DNA of 64,000 bases from Camelus dromedarius. Taxonomy: Eukaryota. The translations under genes were made by a program, and so were the position numbers. Location of the stretch: NCBI RefSeq assembly GCF_036321535.1, contig NC_087436.1:76448001-76512000 (forward strand), in the 5' to 3' direction. Under the pieces are notes generated by a model. The model saw only the letters and a program-made list of their open reading frames with translations. It searched no databases and had not been told where the DNA came from. Shown here in pieces: positions 37,041 to 49,295 of this stretch. Positions within the stretch are counted from its first letter, which is position 1; every line of letters begins with the position of its first letter.

Positions 37041-38564
37041 CCTGTATGCAAGGGGGTGGGAACCTTAGTTCAAGTTTAACATCCCAATACTAACATCTGA
37101 AATGTTGCATTCACATTATGAATGCCTTAAAATATTTGCCATCAAGATTTATTTTAGGATAAGGCAATAATAGTATGATCTAATGAACATAGGATGGTAT
37201 TAACATAAGCCCATCTAGGACTTCTTTAATGGAGCGATGTTAGTACAAAGCCACCTTAAGTATATTTTTGGAAGGAGCTGGGAAAGACTGACTACATGAT
37301 TACATGCAAAGAACAAGAGATAAACTTGTGAATAAATAAATATTTCTCTTTTTCTGTTTAAGTCTATGGCAAAGATTTTTCTTTCTTTCACCCTTGTGTA
37401 TGGCTATATCCTATTAGCTCAGAATTCCTCTGGTTTTATTGGCAAGGGTTTTGGGAAAGGAATGGAATTGGATACACTTCCATTCTGGATTTCTCAGTGA
37501 TTCTGAGTGAATTTGTATTAGTTTCAATGTCCTCATTTTTTTTAGAATGAGAAGATTAGTGAAGACCCCTGTGAAAATTCTAGGAAGAATATTGTAAAGC
37601 ACAAGGAAAGAAGTTAGAATACCTGATTATCTCTTCATCCCATCTGGAATGAAGAATTTTACCCTGTCTGTAATTGTAGTTTGTCATAAGAATGCTAGAA
37701 GCTACTATTCAGAGTATTTAAAGTATAATTTGTTTAGAATTTAAAATTATAACTTGGTTTTAATTATGAGACTCAGAGAAAAGACTTTTTCAATCATGTG
37801 TTTATTTCTTCTAAAAGAGTTAGTAAGCAAAGTTAAATGTGTTATTAAAGATTATATACGCAAACACATGGTCACAGACATGTGATGAATCAGGTTTTCT
37901 TGCATACAATTCAGATTTGTACATATGCTTTGTTTTTCATTCTGCAAGTAAGTGGAAAATTAGAGATATATTCTTTTAAGAAACTGTAGTTTAAAGTGAC
38001 TCCCCAAATATGAATACCTCTTCTAAGCTGAGAACCCTGGTCTTCTATCCTGATTACTTTGCATCATAAGAATTTTTTCCCTGTTTATTTTTTTGACTTT
38101 AGAACCATTTCTTCCACTGATGAAAATGTTCCCAGTTCTTTTGCAATGCTGTCATGCTCAGTTGCTAATGACATTTCAGTTTTTTGTGATAATTATTGAA
38201 AAAAAAGACTCTTGTGTGTGTTTGTGTGAAGAGCTGTAACCACCAAATGAGCAGAAACTACAATGCTTGGGCATCCAATAGTGCAAGGTGATAGAGAGCA
38301 AGTCCATAAATCTAGAAAGTTCAGTAGTTACCAATAAATTCGGTGGATTGTAGACATGGTAAAGAAATTAATGCAAACCATTAGTATTGATACTATAGGA
38401 GAGAAACTCAAGGGAAGGTTTTTTGTTTGTTTTTAAGAAAAAAAGAGAAGCATAGTACCCAACTAGGAAAGTGCATGTTGAAAATTGTTGAGTTACTGCT
38501 TTATTATAAAATGCTTTCTGTCTCTCACTGGTACTGACTTGACAGAGGACAGCAATTATAATGA

Positions 38565-39285
38565 GGAGCATGATCTCTGGAGTCGACATACTTGGTTGGA
38601 ATTCTGATTGTGCAACCTTTGACAAGATACTTATATTCTTTAGGCTTTGGTTTCATCTGACAAAAATACAGGTGATGTGCTGGTATGTCTGTCTTACAAG
38701 ATGGTTTTAATTATTTGTATCAGTCGGATGGGATCAGTAAAACAGAAGTCATTGTGTGTATCCTGGGTATGAAAGGTTTACTATCAAAGTAGAGACTTTC
38801 ATCGCTGCTGGCCATTAAGCCTCCGTTCTAAGTCAAGGAAGCTACCTTTAAGGTCAGGGAAGCTATCATTGGAAATCTCAGATTAAAGTACCAAAATATG
38901 TGGTTCTCATAAAAGTTTTCAGGGAAATTGCTATAGTTCTTTAGACTACTTGAGAATTTTTCATGTTTTCTCTGCCTGCAGCATCAATGCAGGTGACTCT
39001 CAAGGGCTCACCAGAAAGCCTGTAAGCCTACCTGAAACTGCCTCTGGAGAATAAGAAATTCTCCTGGACTTCAGTCTTCCTAATTGCCTGTAGTTTTTTA
39101 TCATTTGCAAACTGTAACCAAGAATCTTACAGAAAGGAGAATTCTGGGAAATAAATTTCTCAGCTTCACTTCTGCAATGCAGAGGAGGCCTTGAAAGAGG
39201 ATGAGAGTGGTGTCAAGTATACATCAGACACATTTAGAATAATGCCTGGTAAATAATAAGCACTTAGCAAATATGGCATAATACT
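38565..39285 (+). mobile_element. MIR split by an LTR insertion
   Basis: MIR 5'/core at 38565-38715; MIR 3' end (ttagaataatgcctggtaaataataagcacttagcaaatat) at 39232-39285. Confidence 0.6.
38716..39231 (-). mobile_element. ERVL-type solo LTR (LTR33-like)
   Basis: TG...CA ends; tgtatcagtcggatgggatcagtaaaacagaag...ggagaattctgggaaat. Confidence 0.5.
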
Positions 39286-39421
39286 CTATTATATTTTTTA
39301 CTGGCTGTCTATTGAATTTGCATAAGATTTCTAAATCTGCAATAGCATTTATATATATATATTTTTTTTCTCTCAAATGTTATTTCTCTTTAGTATCTCT
39401 CTTTCCTCCTCTTCATCTCTT

Positions 39422-39859
39422 TTTCCTAGTAAAATTTCATTTAAAAAATTATGAATGAACTAAGAGAAAGCAGGATTATCTATAACCCCATCAAGATGGC
39501 CAGGAGAAGCTTGTTGCTATAAGGTTAGATGTGGTGATATATAGTGATGTGGTACAACAATTCAGATCTTTAGGCAGGAAAGCTGTGGTGGGTGAAGTCA
39601 GGGACAGCATGAACATTACTGCCCTTCCTACTGAGGCCCCCCAGATCACGATAAAAGCCTCCTCTGATGTTCCAGAAGTAGTCAGAAGTTGCTCTCCCAG
39701 CCTCCCACTGCACTTGGCTGTAAAATATCACCCATGCTTCTAAATTTCAGGAGGTTGGGTTGAGGGCTAATTTCCTAGTAAAATTTTATTAATAAAAACA
39801 ATTTATCATGACTCAATCAAGAGAAAGCAGGATTATCTATAACCCCATCAAGATGGCCA
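39422..39859. repeat. Interrupted direct repeat (~80-90 bp units, 41 bp identical core)
   Basis: aagagaaagcaggattatctataaccccatcaagatggcca at 39462-39502 and 39819-39859; tttcctagtaaaattt upstream of both. Confidence 0.95.
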
Positions 39860-40239
39860 AGAAAATAGTTAATGGATGGTATTACTGGTTTCTTTTCTTA
39901 AATGTACTGAAAATTTTATAATGAACCTTTTCTTTTTTGATAAATCTGTTAACTGGATTTTACTTGCCTTCTAGCTTAAGGATACTTAAAGATGACAAAT
40001 TACTTAGACCATTCTCTATGATAGTTGAGCTGGTAATATTGAGATTTTGGAAATTTTAATGTATTTTTCTTTTGGGTTTAAGAAATAGTTTTACTCATTC
40101 TAGAAGGGAACTTGATCCGTTGGTAATAAAGAAACAAAATGAAGCATCATCCTTGCAGGTGAAAAGTCACTGATGTCATTTGAGGAGATTCTCATTTTCA
40201 GTTGGCTTGCTGTTTTCTAATTTGCATTCCTTCACTGCT

Positions 40240-40685
40240 TGCATGGCAGAGATTGCTAATAATCACCAATATCCATTTCTCTTTTCTTCTTTTTTTCTGG
40301 ACATACAGCTAAGTTACATTTTATTCCCCCTTGCAGTTAGATTAGGGATATGTAATCCAGTTTTACACAATGAATATGGTATAATTGGTAGATATTATTT
40401 CCATATCCATCCCATAAAAATTTCTCACATATAATTTATAATTTTCTTCTTCTTCCATGATGATTCTGGGGACCTGTTAAATTTAGAGGCACTGAGATAG
40501 AAAAATCTTGTGTGTTTAAGTCTAAGTGTTATGACTGCTTAGAGCAGACTCTGCCACTGTCCCTCCCCTCCCCACATCACCAATATCATTGGGCTGTTAA
40601 ATAAGTAAGCACTGAAATTTTATTGTATTGAACTACTGAGATTTCAGACTTTGTTACTGCAGCCTAGCCTAAGCTAACTAATAAA
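40240..40685 (+). mobile_element. MaLR LTR (MLT1I/J-like)
   Basis: tggcagagattgctaataatcaccaatatccatt...cccccttgcagttag...ctactgagatttcagactttgttactgcagcctagccta...taata. Confidence 0.75.
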
Positions 40686-41589
40686 ACCTGACACAGTGCT
40701 GAGCATGAAAGAGGTAACAGTTGCCAAATTAAATCACAAAAAGAATTTTTACCATGAATATCCTTCAGGTCTGCAAATCTTGGGTTGTACTCCATTAATT
40801 GGTTTCCATATCCCAGGAGTGAGTCAATGAAGCTTAGGTGCTCTGATTTGTTCAGCTGACCCCAGTCTGCATGTAAATGTGGTTTTAGGCATCTTCCACA
40901 TGGAAAGAGATACTCATCAAGTTTAACTGAACAGTCTTGTGATTCACAGCTTGTCTTTTGAGAAGAGTGGAGGAAATTGTGTCATTTATCATGGGTAATT
41001 CCAATATGGCTCACACTATCAATCTCCCTGACAATCTCCTGAAAAACTCAAAGTCCAATCTGTGGCTGGAAACTGTCCAGGTGATAAGCATCAGGATGCT
41101 GTGGGCCAGACCTGCTACAACACCTGCTCTAAAGTCAGATGTACCATCTGCAGTGAATGTAACCCAGCTTTAGAAAAAAAATCCAGCAGTGTAGCAATGT
41201 TACAGTATGCAAGTAAGAAGGGACGTGATGATGTCTAAGTGGATTCATCTCTTTATTTGAACCAAGCAGTTATACAATTATAGGAATAATTGTTCTCTTG
41301 CTTTATAACATGTGTAGAAAAGCCTGACCAACTTTTAGCGAATTAAAATGTTCGCATTCTTGGTAGATAAGAAGTTTAGAGATGGAAAGTAAATACATTA
41401 TGAATTGACTGTCCCAGTGGGACACAAACCTAGAGAATATTTAATAGGTTTCTTTAATGCCCACTGTGGGATGAACCAATAGGAGTAGATTTTTAGATTT
41501 TAATGATTCAGCAACCTTGTCTGTGCTATTTTTATCTTTGAGAAAACTTCCTCTCTCCTGCCTCTGGCTTTAACGTGAATTCTAAAGAT

Positions 41590-42079
41590 ACCCATTTCCT
41601 CATTGTATAACTTTGCCTTTCTCATCAGAGCATTTGGTTAAGGACTCACCACTTACCTTAATCTGAGCCAATAATATTATTGTAAATCCTTTGCCACAGT
41701 GATTGGTCAAGAACTGACCACATGGCCCAAGCTGAGCCAATCAGAGACCTGTTCTAGATTTTTCAAATTTGAATAAATAGGAAAGATATTTTTTCTGGTC
41801 ATGAAGCTATAAGAATTTAAGTCCAGGAGATATCAGCTGTATTGTTTATGCCAGTTTGGGAAATCGAGGCCAGTAAATAGAGATACTCCTGAAAGGAGAA
41901 AGAAGAACCCTGCCAACATTTGGATCCCTAGTTCCTGTTTTATTTGAGGTAGGCTTCCCTTCTGCCTTTCTCCTAGTTTGGTTCTGTGACTTACATATTT
42001 CATCATATGAACCAATAAATTTTGTGGCTCAAGTTTAGGATGCATTTAGTCACTAGAAAACATTAGTCCTGTTAATACA
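41590..42079 (+). mobile_element. MaLR LTR (MLT1K-like)
   Basis: tgccacagtgattggtc...catggcccaagctgagccaatcagag...tgaaccaataaatt...gtcctgttaataca. Confidence 0.7.
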
Positions 42080-42090
42080 ACCATTGAGGG

Positions 42091-42225
42091 TTTTTTTCTT
42101 AATCAGTTTTGTTGTGGTATAATTTAAATACAATAAAAAGCATCTACTTTGAATGTACATTTTAATGAGTTTAACTGATTTATATACCCATGTAACCCTT
42201 ACCACAACCGAAATATAGAAAGTAT
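42091..42225 (-). mobile_element. Terminal ~135 bp of an L1ME/MB-like 3' UTR
   Basis: Reverse complement reads ...ttgtggtaagggttacatgggtatata...aaactcattaaaatgtaca...ttttattgtatttaaattatacc...aaaaaa. Confidence 0.8.
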
Positions 42226-42235
42226 ATTTGTGTTG

Positions 42236-43603
42236 TGACATCATCAACAGGATGAAATAATTTTCTACCATCGTCCCTCAAAGAACATCAATTTTGACAA
42301 TCACCCACATAGGAGAGGGCCTTTTTGGAAGTTTGGGAATCCAGTGGAGATGTTACAACTTTTGGAGCAAAAACAGTCTGAGATTAGATGCACTGAAGAG
42401 GATAAAAGGAACAGATCCTCTTCATCCACATCAAGCTAAGTGCCAGGCTTAGTGCCAAGAGAGACCTTCTTGACCCATGATTTCTCTGATGGGAAAGTGA
42501 GAAAGTGTGAGTGAATGCTTGGTTTCCTCAGCTGTGAAGGACTCTACCAGAGAGGCCCTTTTCTTTCTCACAAAATCCAGAATGCTGAGTCATGAGCTGC
42601 ATGACTGAGGGCCAGTAAGTGGCTGGGAGAGCAGCAGCCAGGTTCTGAGTGAAACATATCAAAGGGAGGTGGATACTACTAACTCCTTCACAGATCCCCA
42701 TCAGGAAGTCCACCCACAAGCCAGGGAATGCATTGTCTGAAGATCCCATCCACTATCCCACAGACACTCCCAGTGCTTCACGTGCCTCACCCACTCAGAC
42801 CTGCTCTCATAGCCTGCTCTCTGTGCATGTCCCTGAGGGTGGCAAGAGCAAGCCTTTGCAGACAGTGAGTGAGCATACACAGAAAGTCAACCGACTGTGG
42901 GATTGCAGAAAGCACACAAACTGAGCATTCAGCACCATTCTAGGGAAAGCAAAAAGGAAGCTGTCATACCCGGCCTGGCTTTGTAGGCATGGAATCTTAG
43001 GAAATCCTTCTCAAAAGGGAGAAAGAAGTGTAGAGCAGGTGTATCTATAGAAAAGATCTGAGAAAGCTTCAAAATCCCCAACAAAGCTGAAAGAAAGTAT
43101 TTCTCTCCCAAAGCCAGTCAGTAGAGACTGGAGGAAGTAACAACATCTTCAGGTGTAAAGAGAGAAATGCAAGGCTTCAAGGGACTTCAAAAGTCAAGAA
43201 AACGTGATACCACATAAGGAACACAATAATTTTCTAGTAGCCCACCCCAAAGAAATGGAGATCTGCTATTTTCTCAGTAAAGAATCTAAAGTAGTTGTTT
43301 TACAAAAAGCTCAGTGAGCTACACGAAAATACAGAAAGACAGTTCAGTAAAATCAGGAAGACAGTACATGAACAAAATGAGACATTTAATGGAGAGATAG
43401 AAATAATAAAAATGAACCAAACAGAAATTCCAGACCTGAAGAATACAATGAATGAAATGAAAACTGCAGTAGAGAACATCAATATCAGACTGCATCAAAC
43501 AGAAGAAAGAATTTTTGAGAAGACAGGCCATTTGAATTATCCAGTCAGAAGAGAACAGCAACAAATAAGAATGAAAAAAGAGTGAAGATAGCCTAAGTGA
43601 ACT
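42236..43603 (+). mobile_element. L1M2-like 5' UTR and ORF1 N-terminal half (decayed)
   Basis: ORF 43295-43585 (KKLSELHENTERQFSKIRKTVHEQNETFNGEIEIIKMNQTEIPDLKNTMNEMK) is L1 ORF1p coiled-coil sequence. Confidence 0.85.
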
Positions 43604-44610
43604 TGGAGTTCTGATGGTTCTGACACAGTTTAACCACCTGGGGGAGAAGAGAGACAGAAGTTTAGATTGATAGACATCATAGATTCTACTGCCTGTTCAG
43701 AACAGGGGGAGAGAGCAGACAAAAAAAAAATCCCAGCTCACAGTTCCTGTCTGTGGAGGGAAAAAGTTGATTCATGCATCTAGCATCCCAACTGCTCTGG
43801 GGCTGCCTGAAGAACTGTTACTTGTCTTGCCAGTCTAGGAGCTCTGATGGGTCTGGTTTTATCTAACTACCTGGGGGAGAATAGCAATGGCAGTTTGAAT
43901 GGCTAAACACGATGGGTCTCCCTTCACCCCAGACCATCAGAGAGCAAGCAGATAAAAAACACAGCTGCTTGCTTCTCCTTCGGGAAAGAGAGAGTTGGTA
44001 GAAGCCCCCAGAATCTCTGCCCAAGCTGATTGGTGGGGATTTTCTCCTGTACGAAGCAGATCCATGAAGACTGGGAGAGATGACTGCTTTGTCTAAAGTG
44101 CAGATAACGACACAGAGTATCAAGGAAAATTAAAAATCAGGCAGAGATTTTCCAAACATGGGAATAAGATAAATCTTAAGAAACTGACCCTAATGAAATG
44201 AAGTTATATGATCTACCTGATACAGAATTCAAAATAACTGTCTTAAAGATGTTCTCTGTGTTCAGTAGAACAATGCGTGAACAATACATGAACAAAGCAA
44301 GAATTTCAACAGAGATAGAAAATATTAAAAAGTGCCAAACAGAAATCATGGAGCTGAAGAACACAATAACTGACTGAAAATTTCACTAGAGTGGCTCAAT
44401 AGTAGACTAGGTCAACTAGGAGAAAGTATCAATTAACTGAAAAACAGATAATTGGAAATAATCAGTGGCGTTAAAAGAATATACAAGGAAAAACAAGATC
44501 AAAGGAAAGAAAAGAAAAGAGAAAGAGTGAAGAAAGCTTAAGGGATTTATAAGACATCATGAAGCAGACCAATATACATAAGGCATACATATTGGAATGG
44601 AAAAAAAATT
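43604..44610 (+). mobile_element. Second L1 (L1M3-like) 5' UTR and ORF1 fragment
   Basis: ccagaatctctgcccaagctgattgg...; ORF1-like text tacagaattcaaaataactgtcttaaagatg...cagaaatcatggagctgaagaacacaataact. Confidence 0.8.
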
Positions 44611-44711
44611 CCAAAGGATTTAAAAAACAAACAAAACTGCTAAGACTAACATATAAGTTCAGTAAGGTCAGAGGACATAAGGTCAACACTCAAATCCTAT
44701 GTTATGTCTCT

Positions 44712-45750
44712 CAAAAATATGCAAAATGTTCTTAAAACTCAACAACAAAAAAGCAAGCAATTCTATTAAAAATGGGTAAAAGATATGAACAGATACCTCA
44801 CTGAAGAATATATACAGATGGAAAATAAGCATATGAAATAATGTTTAACATCATATGTCATCAGGGAATTGCATTTTAAACAATGAGATACCACTATATG
44901 TCTATTAAAAAGGCAAAACTCCAACTGATATCACTAAATGCTTGCAATAACATAGAGCAACAGACACCCTCATCATTGCTGGCAGGAATGCAAAATGGTA
45001 CAGCCACTTTGGAAGACAGTTTGGCCTTTTCTTATAAAACTAAATATACTCTTACCATATGATCCATCAATGATGTACCTTGGTTATTTACCCAAATGAG
45101 TTGAAAACTTATGTACACACAAAAACCTGCACATGAATGTTTATTGCAGTTTTATCCATAATTGCCAAAACTTGGAAGCAATCAAGATGTCTATCAGTAG
45201 GTAAATGAGTAAATAAACTGTGGTACATCCAGACAATGGAATACTTGTCAGCACTAAAAAGAAATGAAGTATCTAGCCATGGAGAAGACATGGAGGAAAC
45301 TTAAATGCATATTACTAAGTAGAAGTAGCCAATCAGAAAAGGCTACTTATTGCATGATTCTGACTATTTGACATTTTTTAAAAGGCATAACTATGGAGAC
45401 AGTAATAAGATCAGTATTTCCTAGGAATGGAGAGAAGGAAAGAGAAATAGGTGAAACAGAGTATTTTTAGGGCTGTGAAACTATGCTGTATGATACCATA
45501 AGGTGGGCACATGTCATTATACATTTTTCAAAACCCACAGAATGTAAAACACCAAATGTGAATGCTAATGTAAACTACAGTCTTTGATAACGATGTGTCA
45601 ATGTAGGTTCATAGATTTTAACTCTGGTACAGGATGTTGATAGTGGGGGAAATTGTGGTCAGGGCAGGGAGTATATGAGAACTCTAATTTCTGGTTAGTT
45701 TTTCTGTGAACCTAAAACTGGTCTAAAAAATAAAGTCTATTAAAAAAAAA
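44712..45750 (+). mobile_element. L1MC-like 3' end
   Basis: caggaatgcaaaatggtacagccactttggaagacagtttgg...aatgtaaactac...ctgtgaacctaaaactggtctaaaaaataaagtctatt then poly(A). Confidence 0.88.
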
Positions 45751-45754
45751 CTCA

Positions 45755-46645
45755 ATGGTCACATCAAGAGTAAAACATATGCTCTTTGAAAGACACCACT
45801 GAGAGAATGAAAAAACAAGCCACAGAATGAAAGAATAATACATATATACTTAGAGCCACAATACACAATATACAAACATAACTCTCAAAACTCAAAAAGA
45901 AAAATAATCCAATAAAATTAAGCAAACCATCTGAACAGACACATCATAAAAGAAGACATACAGGCATCTTACAAGCACACAAAAGGAGGCCCAACATCAG
46001 CAGTCATCAGGAAATAAAAATTTAAACTATAAATAACACTACACACCTTAGAATGGCTAAAATTTAAAAGATTAACCATATTGAGTGTTTGCAGGAATGA
46101 GAAGAATTCAAACTTTCACACATTGCTACTGAGAATGCAATATAGTGCAGTTGCTTTAGATACAGTTTAGTGGTTTATTATGAAGTCAACCATACGTGTA
46201 TCATATTGCCCAGCAATCCCATTTCTAGGTATTTACTCAGGAGAAATAAAAATACATGTTTTCACAAAGGTCTGTCAACTAATGCTCATGGCAGCTTTAT
46301 TCAAAATAGCCCCAAAATGGAAACAATCCAGACATTCGATAGATGAGTGGGTAAACAAATTGCAATATATATATATAACAAAATGCATATATATATAAAA
46401 TACAATGGAGCATTACTTGGCAATAAAAAGGAATGTGCTAATAATATATGCAGCAACATGGATGAATCTCAAAAACATGCTGAGTGTAAGAATCCAAACA
46501 CAAAATAGTATATATATTGTATGGTTTCATTTATATGAAGTCCTAGAGAAGACAAATCTAATCTATGATGACAGAAATCAGATCAATGGTTGCTCATGGC
46601 TGGGAGTGGTCAGACTGCCCGGGAAGGGGAACAGGGGAATATTTC
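45755..46645 (+). mobile_element. L1ME/MB-like 3' region lacking its terminal ~140 bp
   Basis: cccagcaatcccatttctaggtatttac...gcaacatggatgaatctcaaaaacatgctgagt...gacagaaatcagatcaatggttgc...gggaaggggaacaggggaat, then stops. Confidence 0.82.
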
Positions 46646-47510
46646 TTTGATTCCTTTATCTTTATATTTTGTGTATCTACCATAGATTTGGGCTTTATTG
46701 TTACCATGAGGCTTACATAAAACATCTTACAGAAACAGCAGTTTAAGCTGATAACAATTTAACTTTGATCACATATAAAACTCTACCTTTTTTACTTCCT
46801 CCTTCCCCAAATTTTATGTTTTTGATGTCACAATTTACCTCTTTTTATGCTGTGTATCTGTTAACAAATTATAGTTATTATTAATATTTTGTCCTTTAAC
46901 TTTATACTAGAGTTAAGTGATTAACACCCCACAATATTACAGTATTAGAGTATTCTGAATTTGATCATGTACTTACCTTTACCAGCGTGTTTTATATTTT
47001 CATACATTTTCATGTTACTGATTAGCATTCTTTATTTCAGCCTGAGGAATTCCTTTCAGCATTTCTTGTAAGAGAGATCCAATGGTGATGAACTCCCTTA
47101 GCTTTTGTTTGGAAAAGTTTTTATCTCTTTCATTTATGAAGGGCAACTTTGCTGGGAAAATTATTCTTGATTAGAAGGTTGGGGTTTTTTTTGTTTTCTT
47201 TCTTTTTGTTTTTTTGTTTTTTTTAAATCTTTCAGCACTTTGAATGTATCATCTCACTCTCTCCTGGCCTGCAAGTTTCCCGCTGAGAAACCTGCTCATA
47301 GACTTATGGGGGTCCTCTTGTATGTAAGGAATCTTATTTTCTCTTGCTGCTTTAAATTTTTTCTTTGTCTTTGATTTTAGACTGTTGTATTATAATGTGT
47401 CTTGAAGAAGATTATTTGGGGTGAAATTATGGTGGGATCTATGAACTTGTATGTCCAAATGTCTCTCCAGATTTGAAAAGTTCTCAGTCATTATGTCTTT
47501 AAATAAACTT
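46646..47510 (-). mobile_element. L1M2-like ORF1 C-terminal half and inter-ORF region, antisense
   Basis: Minus strand from 47510 translates as SLFKDIMTENFSNL..., then gcaggtttctcagcgggaaacttgcaggccaggagagagtgagatga (ORF1 C-terminal domain). Confidence 0.85.
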
Positions 47511-47519
47511 TGTTACCTT

Positions 47520-48205
47520 AGGACTTTTGGGCGTGGTCATATCCTAGATCCTATCAATATCAAGAAATGTAGCCATCTACTATCTCGGTTTTAAGCATGT
47601 CACTTTCTGATCACCACTCCTGTATTTCTAGTCTCCATCTTCAAGAATTCCCACTTCTACAGTCTTTCATTCCCACTGTGATCTACAGTTTATTGTGTTA
47701 CCAACTTTTTATTATTTCTCACTCTTCATGTATTTACTTCCCTCTTTATCTAGTTAATATTTATTGGCAAGTCACTAAAATTGTTCCCTTATATGAATTC
47801 TTAATTACCTTGCCTATTCTTCTGTCATTGTACTCACCATTACACTTCCCCAGAGAAACAGTCTCACTCTAAATATCTGTGACACCTACTCCCTCACTGC
47901 TTCAAAGCTTTGCCTAGAACTCAGCATCTCACTGAAGCCTATCCTGACCACTCTGTTTCCTTCTAATACCATCAAAATTGGTACTCCCAATTCTCTTATT
48001 CTGTTGTTTTTCCCATCACTTTTATCATCTAACATACTAAATAGTTTACTTATTTATTAGATTGTTGTTTACAGTCTCTCTCCCACTTCCTCCAGAGACT
48101 GTAACCTCTATAAGAGTAGGGATCTTTGTTCTTTTATTCACTACTGTATCCATAGTCCTTAAAGCATTACCTGGTGGCTCTCAATAAATATTTGTTGAAT
48201 GAGTA
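47520..48205 (+). mobile_element. L2 fragments including 3' end
   Basis: ctgtaacctctataagagtagggatctttgttcttttattcactactgtatcc...gctctcaataaatatttgttgaatgagt. Confidence 0.7.
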
Positions 48206-49039
48206 AGTTGGAGCAATATATGGGAGCAAATGTCCTGTGGCTGTGGTTGAATTGGGAGTGGTGTTCTGTTAAGGGTTCTTTGTATATATGCCAAGACAGG
48301 AAGGTGAGGCAAAGGGGTATTTAAGTGAAAAGTAGATGATGCCAAGAAACACTGGGCTACTGAGCTAAATGGTTGAGATTAAGGTACAAATTGTAGCTAG
48401 GCAGTGAGGTTGGGAGCAAGTGTTTGAGATTAGTGGACCATTCAGAAACTGTATCTGCCAACCATGGGCATATGAGAGGAGGTATTTTTTTTATTACCAA
48501 GTGTGGCACATAATGAAGGCTGCTCTGGAAAGATACTACACATCTTACTGTGTGTTTTTACTACATTAAATGATTTGAAACCATTATAAACAGTTTAGTA
48601 CCAGGAATGGAATGACTTTACAATGATATCAGTTGGCTAGGAAGCCAGGTTCTTTTTTTTTTTTTTAACTTTTATTGAATTTTTGAGTAAAACATAGTAC
48701 ATAGTTTAAATATATTGACATATTTATCATAAAATAATAATAATAACAATAACTAGCATCAGTAAGCTTTTGGAATTAATATAGTTTAATAGGAGCTTTG
48801 GTTAATGAAGAAAAATAGAAAAATTGAATCCAGTGTTATCATTAACTTTAATTAGTAACTGAGATGTGTTTCCACTAGAAAAAAACAATGATAGACTAAT
48901 GAAGGTGCTGAAATGGTAGGCAATACATTACTAGGATGGTTGGAAGAATTTTCAGACCTTTATTTCATTTTACAAGAACATCATTCTTTTCATTTGTAGA
49001 GAAATTTTAAAAGCATGAAATGAGATGACCCTTGCAGTA

Positions 49040-49165
49040 GACCTAGAGGAGAGAAACAGGACTCAGTGAGGTTTAATTAATCGCCCCAGCTTCCCTGACT
49101 AGAGCATGGTAGCCTTCAGATTTTTATCCAGGTCCACTAAGTCTGGTGCTCTTTCCACTACATCT
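49040..49165 (-). mobile_element. MIR fragment
   Basis: gaaacaggactcagtgaggtttaattaatcgcccc...gtctggtgctctttccactaca. Confidence 0.6.
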
Positions 49166-49295
49166 AGAATAGGAAGCATATAGATAGTAGGTGCCGTGCT
49201 AAATTATGTCTAAATGTAGTTTTTTGGGGAGATTTGGGTCAGGAGCTACTATAATTAAATAAAGCGTGGGGTAGTGTAGTTGGCTAAGATGAGTC

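Noticed and set aside
43295..43585. 96 aa ORF as a protein-coding gene
   Set aside because: Decayed L1 ORF1p coiled-coil, frameshifted and truncated.
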